A stretch of 33,183 nucleotides of DNA from Thermoplasmatota archaeon (lineage in GTDB: Archaea; Thermoplasmatota; JAKEGO01), in the NCBI GenBank assembly GCA_028279595.1, contig JANQNK010000005.1, positions 1 to 33,183 of the forward strand, read 5' to 3'. The notes under the pieces are model-generated. The model had not been told where the DNA came from. It did no database searches and worked only from the letters and a program-made list of their open reading frames with translations. A program made the translations under genes and the position numbers. Below, piece by piece: positions 1 to 8,165 of this stretch; within the stretch, counting starts at the first letter, position 1; each line of letters starts with the position of its first letter.

Positions 1-1
1 A

Positions 2-1120
2 ACCTTGAACGTGACCAACGGGCACGGGCTTTCGAACGAGGTCACCAAGACCATCACGGTGGGAGGACTCACCATGCCCGAGGCTGATTTCTACTGGACG
101 CCGCGAACGGTCATGAATGGGACATTGGTCTCGTTCACGGACAATTCGACCGCTGGAAGCGGTGATATCGTCAATTGGACATGGGACCTGCCTTCGACCA
201 GTCACGCGATAGCTCCTGCATTCAGATGGGTCCAGAACCCGACATGGACCTTCGATCCAGGCTCCTACGACATCATACTCACCATAACCGATTCGCTTGG
301 ATACAACGACAGCGTCACGAAGACCCTCGATGTAACCGAATCTGTGACGATCAGCGGCCCGTACACCGAATGGAATGAGTCCGGCATCGTGATAGTGAAT
401 GCGGGTGGAGATGACCACATAACGATCACGACTACATTCCTTGACGAACCTCCGGGCGACGTACTGATCCCGAACGGAACCTACTTCGATGTCATCAGCG
501 GAGGACCTGGTAACGTAATATGGGTCAACATCACGTTCATGGTCCCGACGGCCGGATACTGGGGAAATCTGTCGATGTACGTCTGGAACGACGCTACCCA
601 GGAGTGGGGAAATGCAGGTGACGACCGGATCATCGGCGGATCGGGAGACGACACGATCTCATGCAATGTGAGTCATCTCACGGTGTTCGCCGTCGGGGAT
701 GCAGATGTCCTGACCGACCCCGGTGACAAGGTCGATTATGACGACGATGACCCCTTCCCGATGTGGGTCGTGGCTGTGGTAATCGTTGTCGTCGTTGGAA
801 CGCTCCTGCTCATGCAAGGCGGTCGTGATCGGGGCCGGTCGGAGGGCACCAGCAGCGATGAAGGATTCCAAAGGGGTCCAAGCCAGGTCGATCAGACATC
901 AGATGGAGGCGGCAGCGATGTACTCACTGGTTCGAGTGGAAATGATATGATCTCTGGTGGGGTCGATGACTCTGAGAGCGTTCCCGAGCCTGACGACCCC
1001 GATCTCGATGATGGTTCCGATGACAAGGACGATGGAATGGACCCGGAGTATGGAGCCTCCGGGCCCCCGCCAACCTACGATTCGTCGGGATATCGTGGCA
1101 ACACTGACGAACACGAATAG
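2..1120 (+). CDS. PKD-domain cell-surface protein (5' truncated) with C-terminal TM anchor and acidic tail
   Basis: Frame open from the window edge. PKD signature (P-x-ADF...VSFTDNS...WTWD...PGSYDIILTITD), then a domain ending SHLTVFAVG, a TM segment (WVVAVVIVVVVGTLLLM) and an Asp/Gly/Ser-rich tail. Confidence 0.8.
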   Translation, partial: TLNVTNGHGLSNEVTKTITVGGLTMPEADFYWTPRTVMNGTLVSFTDNSTAGSGDIVNWTWDLPSTSHAIAPAFRWVQNPTWTFDPGSYDIILTITDSLGYNDSVTKTLDVTESVTISGPYTEWNESGIVIVNAGGDDHITITTTFLDEPPGDVLIPNGTYFDVISGGPGNVIWVNITFMVPTAGYWGNLSMYVWNDATQEWGNAGDDRIIGGSGDDTISCNVSHLTVFAVGDADVLTDPGDKVDYDDDDPFPMWVVAVVIVVVVGTLLLMQGGRDRGRSEGTSSDEGFQRGPSQVDQTSDGGGSDVLTGSSGNDMISGGVDDSESVPEPDDPDLDDGSDDKDDGMDPEYGASGPPPTYDSSGYRGNTDEHE

Positions 1121-1135
1121 GCGAGGTGATGAGGA

Positions 1136-1888
1136 ATGGATAGGATACGATTTGAGATCATAGATGGTATCGCAATACTCAGTATGAGCAATGGCAAGAA
1201 CCCACAAGGATCCGGATTCGTCGAGGAAATGAATATTACACTAGACATGATAACGAAGGACCGCGAGATCAAGGGATTGGTACTGTCCAGCGATCATGAG
1301 CGATTCTTTTCGATAGGTTTGGACCTGCCCGACCTGATCGATCTATCGAAGGATGAATTCGCGTCCTTCCTCGACTCCTACAACAGGATGTGTCTGAACC
1401 TGTACACCATGTCGATCCCCACCGTTGCTGCCATCAACGGCCATGCAACCGCGGGTGGATGCATCATCGCCATGATGTGTGATCACAGGTTCATGGCCGA
1501 GGGACGATCCATAATGGGCCTGAACGAGGTCAAGCTCGGAGTCCCGGTACCCTACCATGCGGACAGGATACTCCATGATATGATCGGATCGAGGAATGCC
1601 ATGGAGATGATGGCAAGCGGGGACTTCTATTCAACGGACAGGTTGCTGGAGCTTGGCGTCATCGACAGGGTGGTTCCCCCTGAGGAACTGGTGGATCAGG
1701 CCACCGAACACGTCAGAAGTATCGGTGGGTCCCCTCTGGAGGCATTCTCGGCCATCAAGGCCAACCGGACCGACGCAGTGACCGCATGGATCGAGGAATC
1801 CCGGTCCAAGAAGGATGCTGAGTTCGTGGAGATGTGGTATTCCGAAAAGGCCAGAGCGGGCCTCAGGGCGGCGATGGAGAAATTCTGA
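1136..1888 (+). CDS. Enoyl-CoA hydratase/isomerase (crotonase) family protein
   Basis: FFSIGLDL, PTVAAINGHATAGGC, CDHR and GLNEVKLG motifs; GAGGTGA/GAGGA ribosome-binding site upstream. Confidence 0.9.
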   Translation: MDRIRFEIIDGIAILSMSNGKNPQGSGFVEEMNITLDMITKDREIKGLVLSSDHERFFSIGLDLPDLIDLSKDEFASFLDSYNRMCLNLYTMSIPTVAAINGHATAGGCIIAMMCDHRFMAEGRSIMGLNEVKLGVPVPYHADRILHDMIGSRNAMEMMASGDFYSTDRLLELGVIDRVVPPEELVDQATEHVRSIGGSPLEAFSAIKANRTDAVTAWIEESRSKKDAEFVEMWYSEKARAGLRAAMEKF

Positions 1889-1907
1889 TACTCCAGGAAG
1901 TGAATGA

Positions 1908-2381
1908 ATGGACTACGAGATAAGGAAGGGAAGGCTTGCCGACGCTCCCGCTGTCATTGAACTATGGAAGGCCCTGATCGACCATCACAGGGAACTGACC
2001 TGCTACGACATGGAAATGATCGATGAGGCGCCTGATATCTGGAGGAAATGGTACGAGAGACATGTGCGGTCCCCGAAGAGGTGCGCGATCGTCGCGGAGG
2101 CCGGCGGCCGCGTCATCGGATACTTCCTGGGTGCCATCGAGAGCCGCCCCGATCTCTTCAAACGCCGGCAGTTCGCACATATCTACGATACATATGTCCT
2201 GAAGGAGTGGCGGAGGGAGGGCGTCGCCACAGCCCTGCTGGACGAATTCACATCTTGGGTCAAGGAGAAGGGCATGGACTGGGTCACCGTTTACTATTCG
2301 CCAGAGAATCCGCATGGGCTCGGGTTCTGGCACGATTCCGGATACACGGACATCCTCATCACGGGCCAAAGATATCTATGA
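1908..2381 (+). CDS. GNAT-family N-acetyltransferase
   Basis: Acetyl-CoA binding motif YV...WRREGVATALL and N...FW...GY motif. Confidence 0.88.
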   Translation: MDYEIRKGRLADAPAVIELWKALIDHHRELTCYDMEMIDEAPDIWRKWYERHVRSPKRCAIVAEAGGRVIGYFLGAIESRPDLFKRRQFAHIYDTYVLKEWRREGVATALLDEFTSWVKEKGMDWVTVYYSPENPHGLGFWHDSGYTDILITGQRYL

Positions 2382-2450
2382 ATCCTTCGGGAAAATGATA
2401 ATAAGACCAACGTCCATCGTCGGCTGGAGTCACATAGAGGTGAAGATAGA

Positions 2451-2642
2451 ATGGGAGAACAACTCGAGTATAAATGTGGATCATGCGGGATCCATGCAAA
2501 GGCCATTGGCGACGTTCCTATCTGCTGCGGGCATCCGATGGTGAAGGTCGAAATGGATGCCTGCACATCCGCTGGCGCGAGTGCGGAACACGCACGGCCG
2601 ATGGACGAGGAAGAGCCCTGCGACGATGGTCGCGCGGGATAA
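2451..2642 (+). CDS. Small Cys-rich protein with desulforedoxin-like CxxC...CCG-x-PM motif
   Basis: 63 aa, YKCGSC-x12-CCGHPM; strong GAGGTGA RBS just upstream. Confidence 0.7.
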   Translation: MGEQLEYKCGSCGIHAKAIGDVPICCGHPMVKVEMDACTSAGASAEHARPMDEEEPCDDGRAG

Positions 2643-2689
2643 GACTTCAGGGTTACCGTAGTACGGGAACAACCCGGGGTCGGTGACGG

Positions 2690-3097
2690 ATGTCGGGGAA
2701 TGGGCGGCCCAAGTCCAGGAGTAGAGTCGTCAGAGCACTCTGGATAACTGCCGGAACTATCTCACTGGCGCTTGGGATAATCGGGATCGTCCTTCCAGTG
2801 CTCCCGACGACCCCCTTCCTACTCCTTACTACGTACTGTTATGACAGGGGATCCGAGCGCCTTCACAACTGGTTGATAAATAACAGGGTATTCGGTGAAT
2901 ACATTCGAAATTACACCGAGGGACGCGGGATACCCCTTAGGGTGAAGGTCACTGCCATCACCATATTGTGGGTCACGATCGGGATCAGCGCCTACTTCTT
3001 CATGCCCTGGCTGTGGGTCCGTATCATACTGTTCATCATCGCTGCCAGCGTGACCGTCCATTTACTCCGACTCCCGACGTATCACCAGGACGAATGA
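2690..3097 (+). CDS. YbaN/DUF454 family membrane protein
   Basis: LGIIGIVLPVLPTTPFLLL...S.RLHNWL...FG.YI signature. Confidence 0.88.
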   Translation: MSGNGRPKSRSRVVRALWITAGTISLALGIIGIVLPVLPTTPFLLLTTYCYDRGSERLHNWLINNRVFGEYIRNYTEGRGIPLRVKVTAITILWVTIGISAYFFMPWLWVRIILFIIAASVTVHLLRLPTYHQDE

Positions 3098-3160
3098 GTC
3101 AACCCTGCCCGTATTTATAGGAGGACCCCGTGGGGGGCTTACCCAAGGAAGGTAGTTAAC

Positions 3161-3589
3161 ATGCCTGTGAAGGAAGGAGACAGGATCAAGGTCGAGTACG
3201 AGGGCAAGCTTGCCGACGGAATGGTCTTCGACAGTTCCGAGGGCGGCGGTCCGCTCGAGTTCGTTGTCGGTACCGGCCAGGTCATCAAGGGATTCGAGGA
3301 GGCCGTGGTCGGTATGGAGGTCGGCGATGAGTCCACAGTCACTCTGGAACCAGCCGACGCCTACGGCGAACCGCAAGAGGACCTCATCGTGACCATACCG
3401 AACGAGAACTTCCCGGACGAACTGGAACCGGATACCATGGTCCTCATTGAGGACGATTCGGGCAACAAGTTCCCGGCACTCGTGGTGGCCATCGAAGAGG
3501 AGACCGTGACGTTCGACCTGAACCATCCGCTCGCCGGCAAGAGCCTCACGTTCACGATCAAGGTCGTCGAGATAGCTTCCGAGGAATGA
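3161..3589 (+). CDS. slyD: FKBP-type peptidyl-prolyl isomerase (short SlyD-like, no His-rich tail)
   Basis: YEGKLADGMVFDSS, GQVIKGFEEA, AYGE and DLNHPLAGKSLTF motifs. Confidence 0.92.
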   Translation: MPVKEGDRIKVEYEGKLADGMVFDSSEGGGPLEFVVGTGQVIKGFEEAVVGMEVGDESTVTLEPADAYGEPQEDLIVTIPNENFPDELEPDTMVLIEDDSGNKFPALVVAIEEETVTFDLNHPLAGKSLTFTIKVVEIASEE

Positions 3590-3643
3590 GTCACTGGCAA
3601 CATTTATTAGAGAGCACAAGTTCCGATGTTAAAGGGTGATGGA

Positions 3644-4294
3644 ATGGGAGCGACCAAGAAACCACAGAAGGAAGACGTTCCGAAGGAAGAACAGAGGCCC
3701 ACCGCAACGAAGGTGGTCGAACTTCCGCCGTTAGTAGCGGAACCCGCCCCGCTCGGCCTCATCGGCCTTGCAGTCGCGGCGTTGGTGCTTGCCCTTTCCG
3801 ACCTTGGTCAGTCCTCGATCGCCCACAAGTCTTTGATGATCCCGTGGACCCTGTTCCTCGGGGCAACGGCCCAGTTCATCGCCGGTATCATGGAGTACAG
3901 GCGGAACAACGTCTTCGGCGCAACGGCGTTCACAACCTATTCGATGCTGTGGTACTCCGTGTCCCTTACCCTGTTCATCACGATATTCCACGGCGACGTC
4001 GGTTTCGACCTCGCCCACTACGCGCATGGTCTGATAGGATTCATGATATTCAGCCTGATACTAACCCTCGCGTCGGCGATGACCAACAAGGTCTTCTTCG
4101 GGATCCTGATATTCATCGACCTGGCGATCTTCACGCTGGTGACGCACATACTGTTCGACACGGCGACCGAGCCGGTGGGCGTCTCGCTCATTGGTGTCTC
4201 GGCCCTGTCGTTCTATGGAGCGATGGCGATACTCGTCAACACCATGGCGGACAAGCAGGTGTTCCCGATGGGGAAGTCGGTCTGGACACCCTGA
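3644..4294 (+). CDS. satP: GPR1/FUN34/YaaH (SatP-like) acetate uptake transporter
   Basis: AEPAPLGL and QFIAGIMEY..NNVFGATAF motifs, six hydrophobic segments. Start placed after GGTGA RBS; alternative ATG at 3626. Confidence 0.85.
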   Translation: MGATKKPQKEDVPKEEQRPTATKVVELPPLVAEPAPLGLIGLAVAALVLALSDLGQSSIAHKSLMIPWTLFLGATAQFIAGIMEYRRNNVFGATAFTTYSMLWYSVSLTLFITIFHGDVGFDLAHYAHGLIGFMIFSLILTLASAMTNKVFFGILIFIDLAIFTLVTHILFDTATEPVGVSLIGVSALSFYGAMAILVNTMADKQVFPMGKSVWTP

Positions 4295-4336
4295 GCCGTC
4301 GGGTATTATAACCCTCGGAGCCGTTCACCACCCGGT

Positions 4337-5026
4337 GTGAACGTGGATCTCAATGGGATACTGGAACGTCTGGAGGCCGAATCCTGTCCCGCTTCACTCG
4401 AGGGGATGGCTAGCGTGGGGATCTCGATCGATCGAACGTTCGGTGTCAAGATGCCGATCCTCCGAGCGATGGCCAAGCAGGTTGGGAAGGACCACGCGCT
4501 CGCATCCGAGTTGTGGGATCACGGATGGCTCGAGACCCGCATCCTCGCTGGTATGATCGAGGACCCCGAGGTCGTGACCGGTGAACAGTTGGACTCATGG
4601 GTCTCCGAGTTCAACGACTGGGCGGTCTGCGACGCGACCTGCATGAACCTGATCGAGAAGACCCCTTTCAAGTACGACAAGGCGATCGAGTGGTCGAAGA
4701 GCGACGATGAGTTCACCAAGCGTGCAGGCTACGTGATGATGGCCCGTCTCGCCGTCGGCCAGAAGGGTGTCGACGACGACGGACTCGCAGCCTTCCTGCC
4801 GATGATAGTTAGGGGCGCGGACGACGAGCGGAACATGGTCAAGAAGGGAGTGAATTGGGCATTGCGCCAGATCGGAAAGCGGAACCTGAGACTGAACGAA
4901 CTCGCGATCGAGACCGGTGAGGAGATCGCCGCGATGGATTCGAAGGCGGCGAGGTGGATCGCCTCGGACGCCCTTCGCGAACTTCGGAGCGATACGGTCC
5001 AGGAACGGCTGCGTCGAAAGGGCTAA
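4337..5026 (+). CDS. DNA alkylation repair protein (AlkD-like HEAT-repeat family)
   Basis: FGV.MP.LR.MAK, WAVCD, EFTKRAG and DERNMVKKGVNWALRQIGKRN motifs; GTG start. Confidence 0.88.
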   Translation: MNVDLNGILERLEAESCPASLEGMASVGISIDRTFGVKMPILRAMAKQVGKDHALASELWDHGWLETRILAGMIEDPEVVTGEQLDSWVSEFNDWAVCDATCMNLIEKTPFKYDKAIEWSKSDDEFTKRAGYVMMARLAVGQKGVDDDGLAAFLPMIVRGADDERNMVKKGVNWALRQIGKRNLRLNELAIETGEEIAAMDSKAARWIASDALRELRSDTVQERLRRKG

Positions 5027-5063
5027 CTATCAATACGATAATAGGAAATCACTGGGGGATACC

Positions 5064-5327
5064 ATGGGCACAAGGACCATCGAGGTGACTGACGAGGAGT
5101 ACGAGATGCTGATCAAGGCGAGGACCGAGATCCAGAGGAAAGGGGACAAGGACGACGCCCTGAAGGGAATGGCCGTCGGTGCCGTCGCCGGAGCAGGTGC
5201 CATGCTCGTACTGCAAATGCTCCTCGAGGAGGACGTCGAGGTCGTTGAGGCCATCAGGCAGCATGTCATGGGGAACGAGAAGGCCGATTTCGTCATCAAG
5301 GGCGATTCCCACTACATCATGAAGTGA
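5064..5327 (+). CDS. Small hypothetical protein with ribbon-helix-helix/antitoxin-like N-terminus
   Basis: ATG after GGGGGA; MGTRTIEVTDEEYEML pattern; codon usage typical of the other genes here. Confidence 0.6.
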   Translation: MGTRTIEVTDEEYEMLIKARTEIQRKGDKDDALKGMAVGAVAGAGAMLVLQMLLEEDVEVVEAIRQHVMGNEKADFVIKGDSHYIMK

Positions 5328-5486
5328 GTTGTACGAGCCGGGACCAGAGGAATTCCTAGAATTGACGAGAAACCTTTCCTCTGGACCAGTTGATTTCGGC
5401 TATTCCACCGAAGTCAAAGAAATCAACGTATGGAAGAAGTCATCAGCGCCATCTCCCGATGAAGACTCCCGTTGACGGAAGGGAGA

Positions 5487-5562
5487 TGGTGCGGCTGCCG
5501 GGATTTGAACCCGAGCTAGAGGCTTGGGAAGCCCCGGTCCTGCCAGACTAGACTACAGCCGC
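5487..5562 (-). tRNA. tRNA-Gly(CCC), CCA encoded
   Basis: Cloverleaf: GCGGCUG/CAGCCGC acceptor stem, GGGGC-UUCCCAA-GCCUC anticodon arm, GUUCAAAUC T-loop, ends ACCA. Confidence 0.96.
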
Positions 5563-5585
5563 CCAGAGGTTGATTTTCAGAATCG

Positions 5586-5592
5586 TATTTAA
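5586..5592 (-). promoter_or_regulatory. TATA box of tRNA-Gly
   Basis: TTAAATA on the minus strand, 24-30 nt upstream of the mature 5' end. Confidence 0.6.
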
Positions 5593-5601
5593 GACTGTGG
5601 T

Positions 5602-7161
5602 TCACGACCCCAGCCGCTCGAGGACGAAGTCCCTGTCGAGCGATGCCAGGAAGAATCCCAGCCGTGGTCCGCGGTCCTTTCCGAGGAACGCTCTATAGAG
5701 TGCCCTGAAGACCGCTCCACCTTTGACATCGAGCTGTTCCGCAGCCGTATAGACCGCATTATGGAGTTCGTCCGCTGTCCAATCCACTCCTGATATCGCA
5801 TTGAGGTAGGCCTCGATCACTTTCCTGTCCTCGGCTTCGAGTTCCGGCGCTTCATCCAATAGGCTGAAGATCATTTGGTCCGGAGCGTGGTTCTCCAGGA
5901 AATAGCGGGCTGCCGCTATCTTCCTCTTCAGACGATCGACATGCTCCTCCGGAACCTCCGGGGTTCCGGTCCTCGCCAACGCCTTAAGCACCGAATCCCA
6001 GTCCGGAGCGATCTGGACGATTGACAAAAGATGGGTGAAGGGGACCTGGAAGTACGTCTCCGGAACGGACTCGACCTGGGAGAACTCGTACGATCGACGC
6101 AGTTCCTCCTCCTCCTTCGCCGGGAAGTTGTCGTCCTGACCGTGATAGACGCGCTCGACCCACTCGTAGTTCTCGATGAGCGGAACGAGCGTCTTGCTCA
6201 GCTGCAGGTCCTTCTGGCTCGTTACCTTGCTTCTGTAGAAGAAGAAACGCGAAAGTTCCGCTGTACCAGAGCTGGTGACATCACTGAGGCTGATGACGTT
6301 GCCAAGGGACTTGGACATCTTCTGTCCGCCGACCAGTATGAACTCGTATGGTACAGGGAAGGGAGGCTCGGTCTCGAAGATCTCCTTGCAGATCACACTG
6401 CTGGTAGCGTACGAACCTCCGGCAGCGGCGTGCTCCTTTCCGAAGGGTTCGCATGTCACACCGAGCAATGCCCATCGGGCGGCCCAGTCGACCCTCCAGG
6501 TCAACTTGCCCTCGGTGAGCTTTGCCTCACCCTCGTAGCCGCAACCGAGTATCTTCTTCTTTCCGGCCACTCCCTCGTCGCACCTGTATCGGACTACCTT
6601 ATCGTCAGGGTCCCATTCCATCGCCGTTGTCGGAGTGATCTTCCCGCAGGATGCACAGATCGGATCGAATGGCAGCCAGACATCCGACTTCTCGGACCCG
6701 GATATCCTCTGGATTATCTCCCTGATCCTCTCGGTGTTCTCCAGCGCCTTGATGACGTAAGGCTCCATCTGGCCAGATGTGTAGAGTTCCGCCGAGGAAA
6801 TGATCTCCGGATACACGCCCACCTCGTCGAGGGCCTCGATGAACGGGGTCGTGAAATGCTCGATGAACGATGTACAATGGTCCTCGGGACACGGGATATT
6901 GAAGTCCGGATACCCGAGGTACTTGCTGAACGACTGCGGGAGTTGCTCCGGGACGCTCCTCAGGGGGTCCATGTCGTCCATGATCCAGAGCAGATCGCCG
7001 GAGCCGCCCTTCTCGTCCAGGGCCCTGATGATGCCTTCGGCGATCATCACGTCCCCGGCGTTCCCGAAGTGGATCTGACCCGATATCGACGTTCCGGATG
7101 CTACCTTGTGAGAGTTACCTCTCTCAAGAAGCTGTTCGGAAACCGCATCGACCCAGTGCAT
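5602..7161 (-). CDS. lysS: Class I lysyl-tRNA synthetase
   Basis: MHWVD start, SG.IHFGN (HIGH-like), DDMDPLR, KLTWRVDWAARW, EPFGKEH, KMSKSLGN and GPRLG motifs. Confidence 0.96.
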   Translation of the reverse strand: MHWVDAVSEQLLERGNSHKVASGTSISGQIHFGNAGDVMIAEGIIRALDEKGGSGDLLWIMDDMDPLRSVPEQLPQSFSKYLGYPDFNIPCPEDHCTSFIEHFTTPFIEALDEVGVYPEIISSAELYTSGQMEPYVIKALENTERIREIIQRISGSEKSDVWLPFDPICASCGKITPTTAMEWDPDDKVVRYRCDEGVAGKKKILGCGYEGEAKLTEGKLTWRVDWAARWALLGVTCEPFGKEHAAAGGSYATSSVICKEIFETEPPFPVPYEFILVGGQKMSKSLGNVISLSDVTSSGTAELSRFFFYRSKVTSQKDLQLSKTLVPLIENYEWVERVYHGQDDNFPAKEEEELRRSYEFSQVESVPETYFQVPFTHLLSIVQIAPDWDSVLKALARTGTPEVPEEHVDRLKRKIAAARYFLENHAPDQMIFSLLDEAPELEAEDRKVIEAYLNAISGVDWTADELHNAVYTAAEQLDVKGGAVFRALYRAFLGKDRGPRLGFFLASLDRDFVLERLGS

Positions 7162-7164
7162 CCC

Positions 7165-7755
7165 TCATCTCTCTCCGATGATCGGGTTCGCCCTCATGAG
7201 CGCCCTTAGCGGGACGCCCTCGATCTCGTCCATCTGGGTCTTGTTCACCACGACGACGACGAGCTTGGGGTTCGCTCCGTACGACCTCGCGGTCTCGATG
7301 GCGCCCCTGACTGTATGGCCCGTGCCAAGGACGTCATCCACGATGACGACCTCCTTTCCGTCGATCCCGGCGTAGTTCGCTCCAAGTCCTCCGGTCCCGC
7401 CGTCCTTGCCCGGTCTGTACGTGGTGAACTCGACGCCGAGGTCCTCGGCGGTGAACGCTCCGTAAATGATACCGTTATGCGCTATCCCGATGACGGTATC
7501 GGGTATCCACTCCCCCTTCTCGATCTCCTCATAGACGATGTCGACCATTATGTCGGCGATCAATCGCATACGATGGGGGAACACGCCGATGGAACGCCAG
7601 CCAATCTTGACATCCGCCGGAGGCGTCCCGTCGAGGCTCCTGCTGAGGAGCCATGCGACCGTCTCCCTGCTCAGGTTCATCTCCCGCGCTATCTCCTCGG
7701 GATCGAAACCCTTCTCGCGGTATTCCATGGCGATCTTCTTCATCTTCTCTGTCAT
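7165..7755 (-). CDS. Orotate phosphoribosyltransferase-like protein with N-terminal HTH (GfcR/PyrE2 family)
   Basis: HTH (EEIAREMNLSRETVAWLL), DVKIGWRSIG, PRPP loop VVIVDDVLGTGHT; start after AGGTG RBS; 3 nt upstream of lysS. Confidence 0.85.
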   Translation of the reverse strand: MTEKMKKIAMEYREKGFDPEEIAREMNLSRETVAWLLSRSLDGTPPADVKIGWRSIGVFPHRMRLIADIMVDIVYEEIEKGEWIPDTVIGIAHNGIIYGAFTAEDLGVEFTTYRPGKDGGTGGLGANYAGIDGKEVVIVDDVLGTGHTVRGAIETARSYGANPKLVVVVVNKTQMDEIEGVPLRALMRANPIIGER

Positions 7756-7868
7756 TCTCACACCTGTTCCTGATATCGGACTGAGTTATTTAAAGATTGA
7801 CCGAGAATCGTTCGTAATTCCGAGGGTTTATATGACGGCCCCCCCATTCTGTCCCGGAGAGACCTACT

Positions 7869-8099
7869 ATGGGTATCATCAAGAAGACTGGCGAGGGGGT
7901 CATGGACGTCGGCGAGAAGGTCGGCAAGGGTGTGATGAAGGGCGGCGAGAAGGTTCTCGGCGCCGTGGACATCACCTGCGACAACTGCGGCAAGCTCATG
8001 AAGCCGGGGATCCTCGGCCCGAAGCGGACCGTCGACGGCAAGGACTATCAGTTCTGCACCGACGAGTGTGCCGACAAGTATGTCGAGGAACACTCCTGA
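7869..8099 (+). CDS. Small protein: 11-residue repeats plus TRASH/YHS-like metal-binding domain
   Basis: CDNC...DGKDYQFCTDEC; TTTATA box and GGAG upstream; typical codon usage. Confidence 0.75.
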   Translation: MGIIKKTGEGVMDVGEKVGKGVMKGGEKVLGAVDITCDNCGKLMKPGILGPKRTVDGKDYQFCTDECADKYVEEHS

Positions 8100-8165
8100 T
8101 CCCGAGCGAATGTGACCAATAGCTACCGGACGCATCAATTACATTAATGATAGTGAAGTTCAGGA

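Noticed and set aside
5358-5365. AGAATTGA shared by hairpin regions near tRNA-Gly and tRNA-Thr (27564-27571)
   Set aside because: Only 8 nt, and in opposite orientation relative to the two tRNAs.
1-5486. Possible genomic island ending at tRNA-Gly
   Set aside because: No integrase and no direct repeat of the tRNA-Gly 3' end found by eye in the window; the genes are ordinary accessory or housekeeping types.
6031-7209. 392-aa antisense ORF over lysS (similarly 22021-23046 and 24698-25612)
   Set aside because: Shadow or off-frame ORFs over conserved genes, with no independent evidence.
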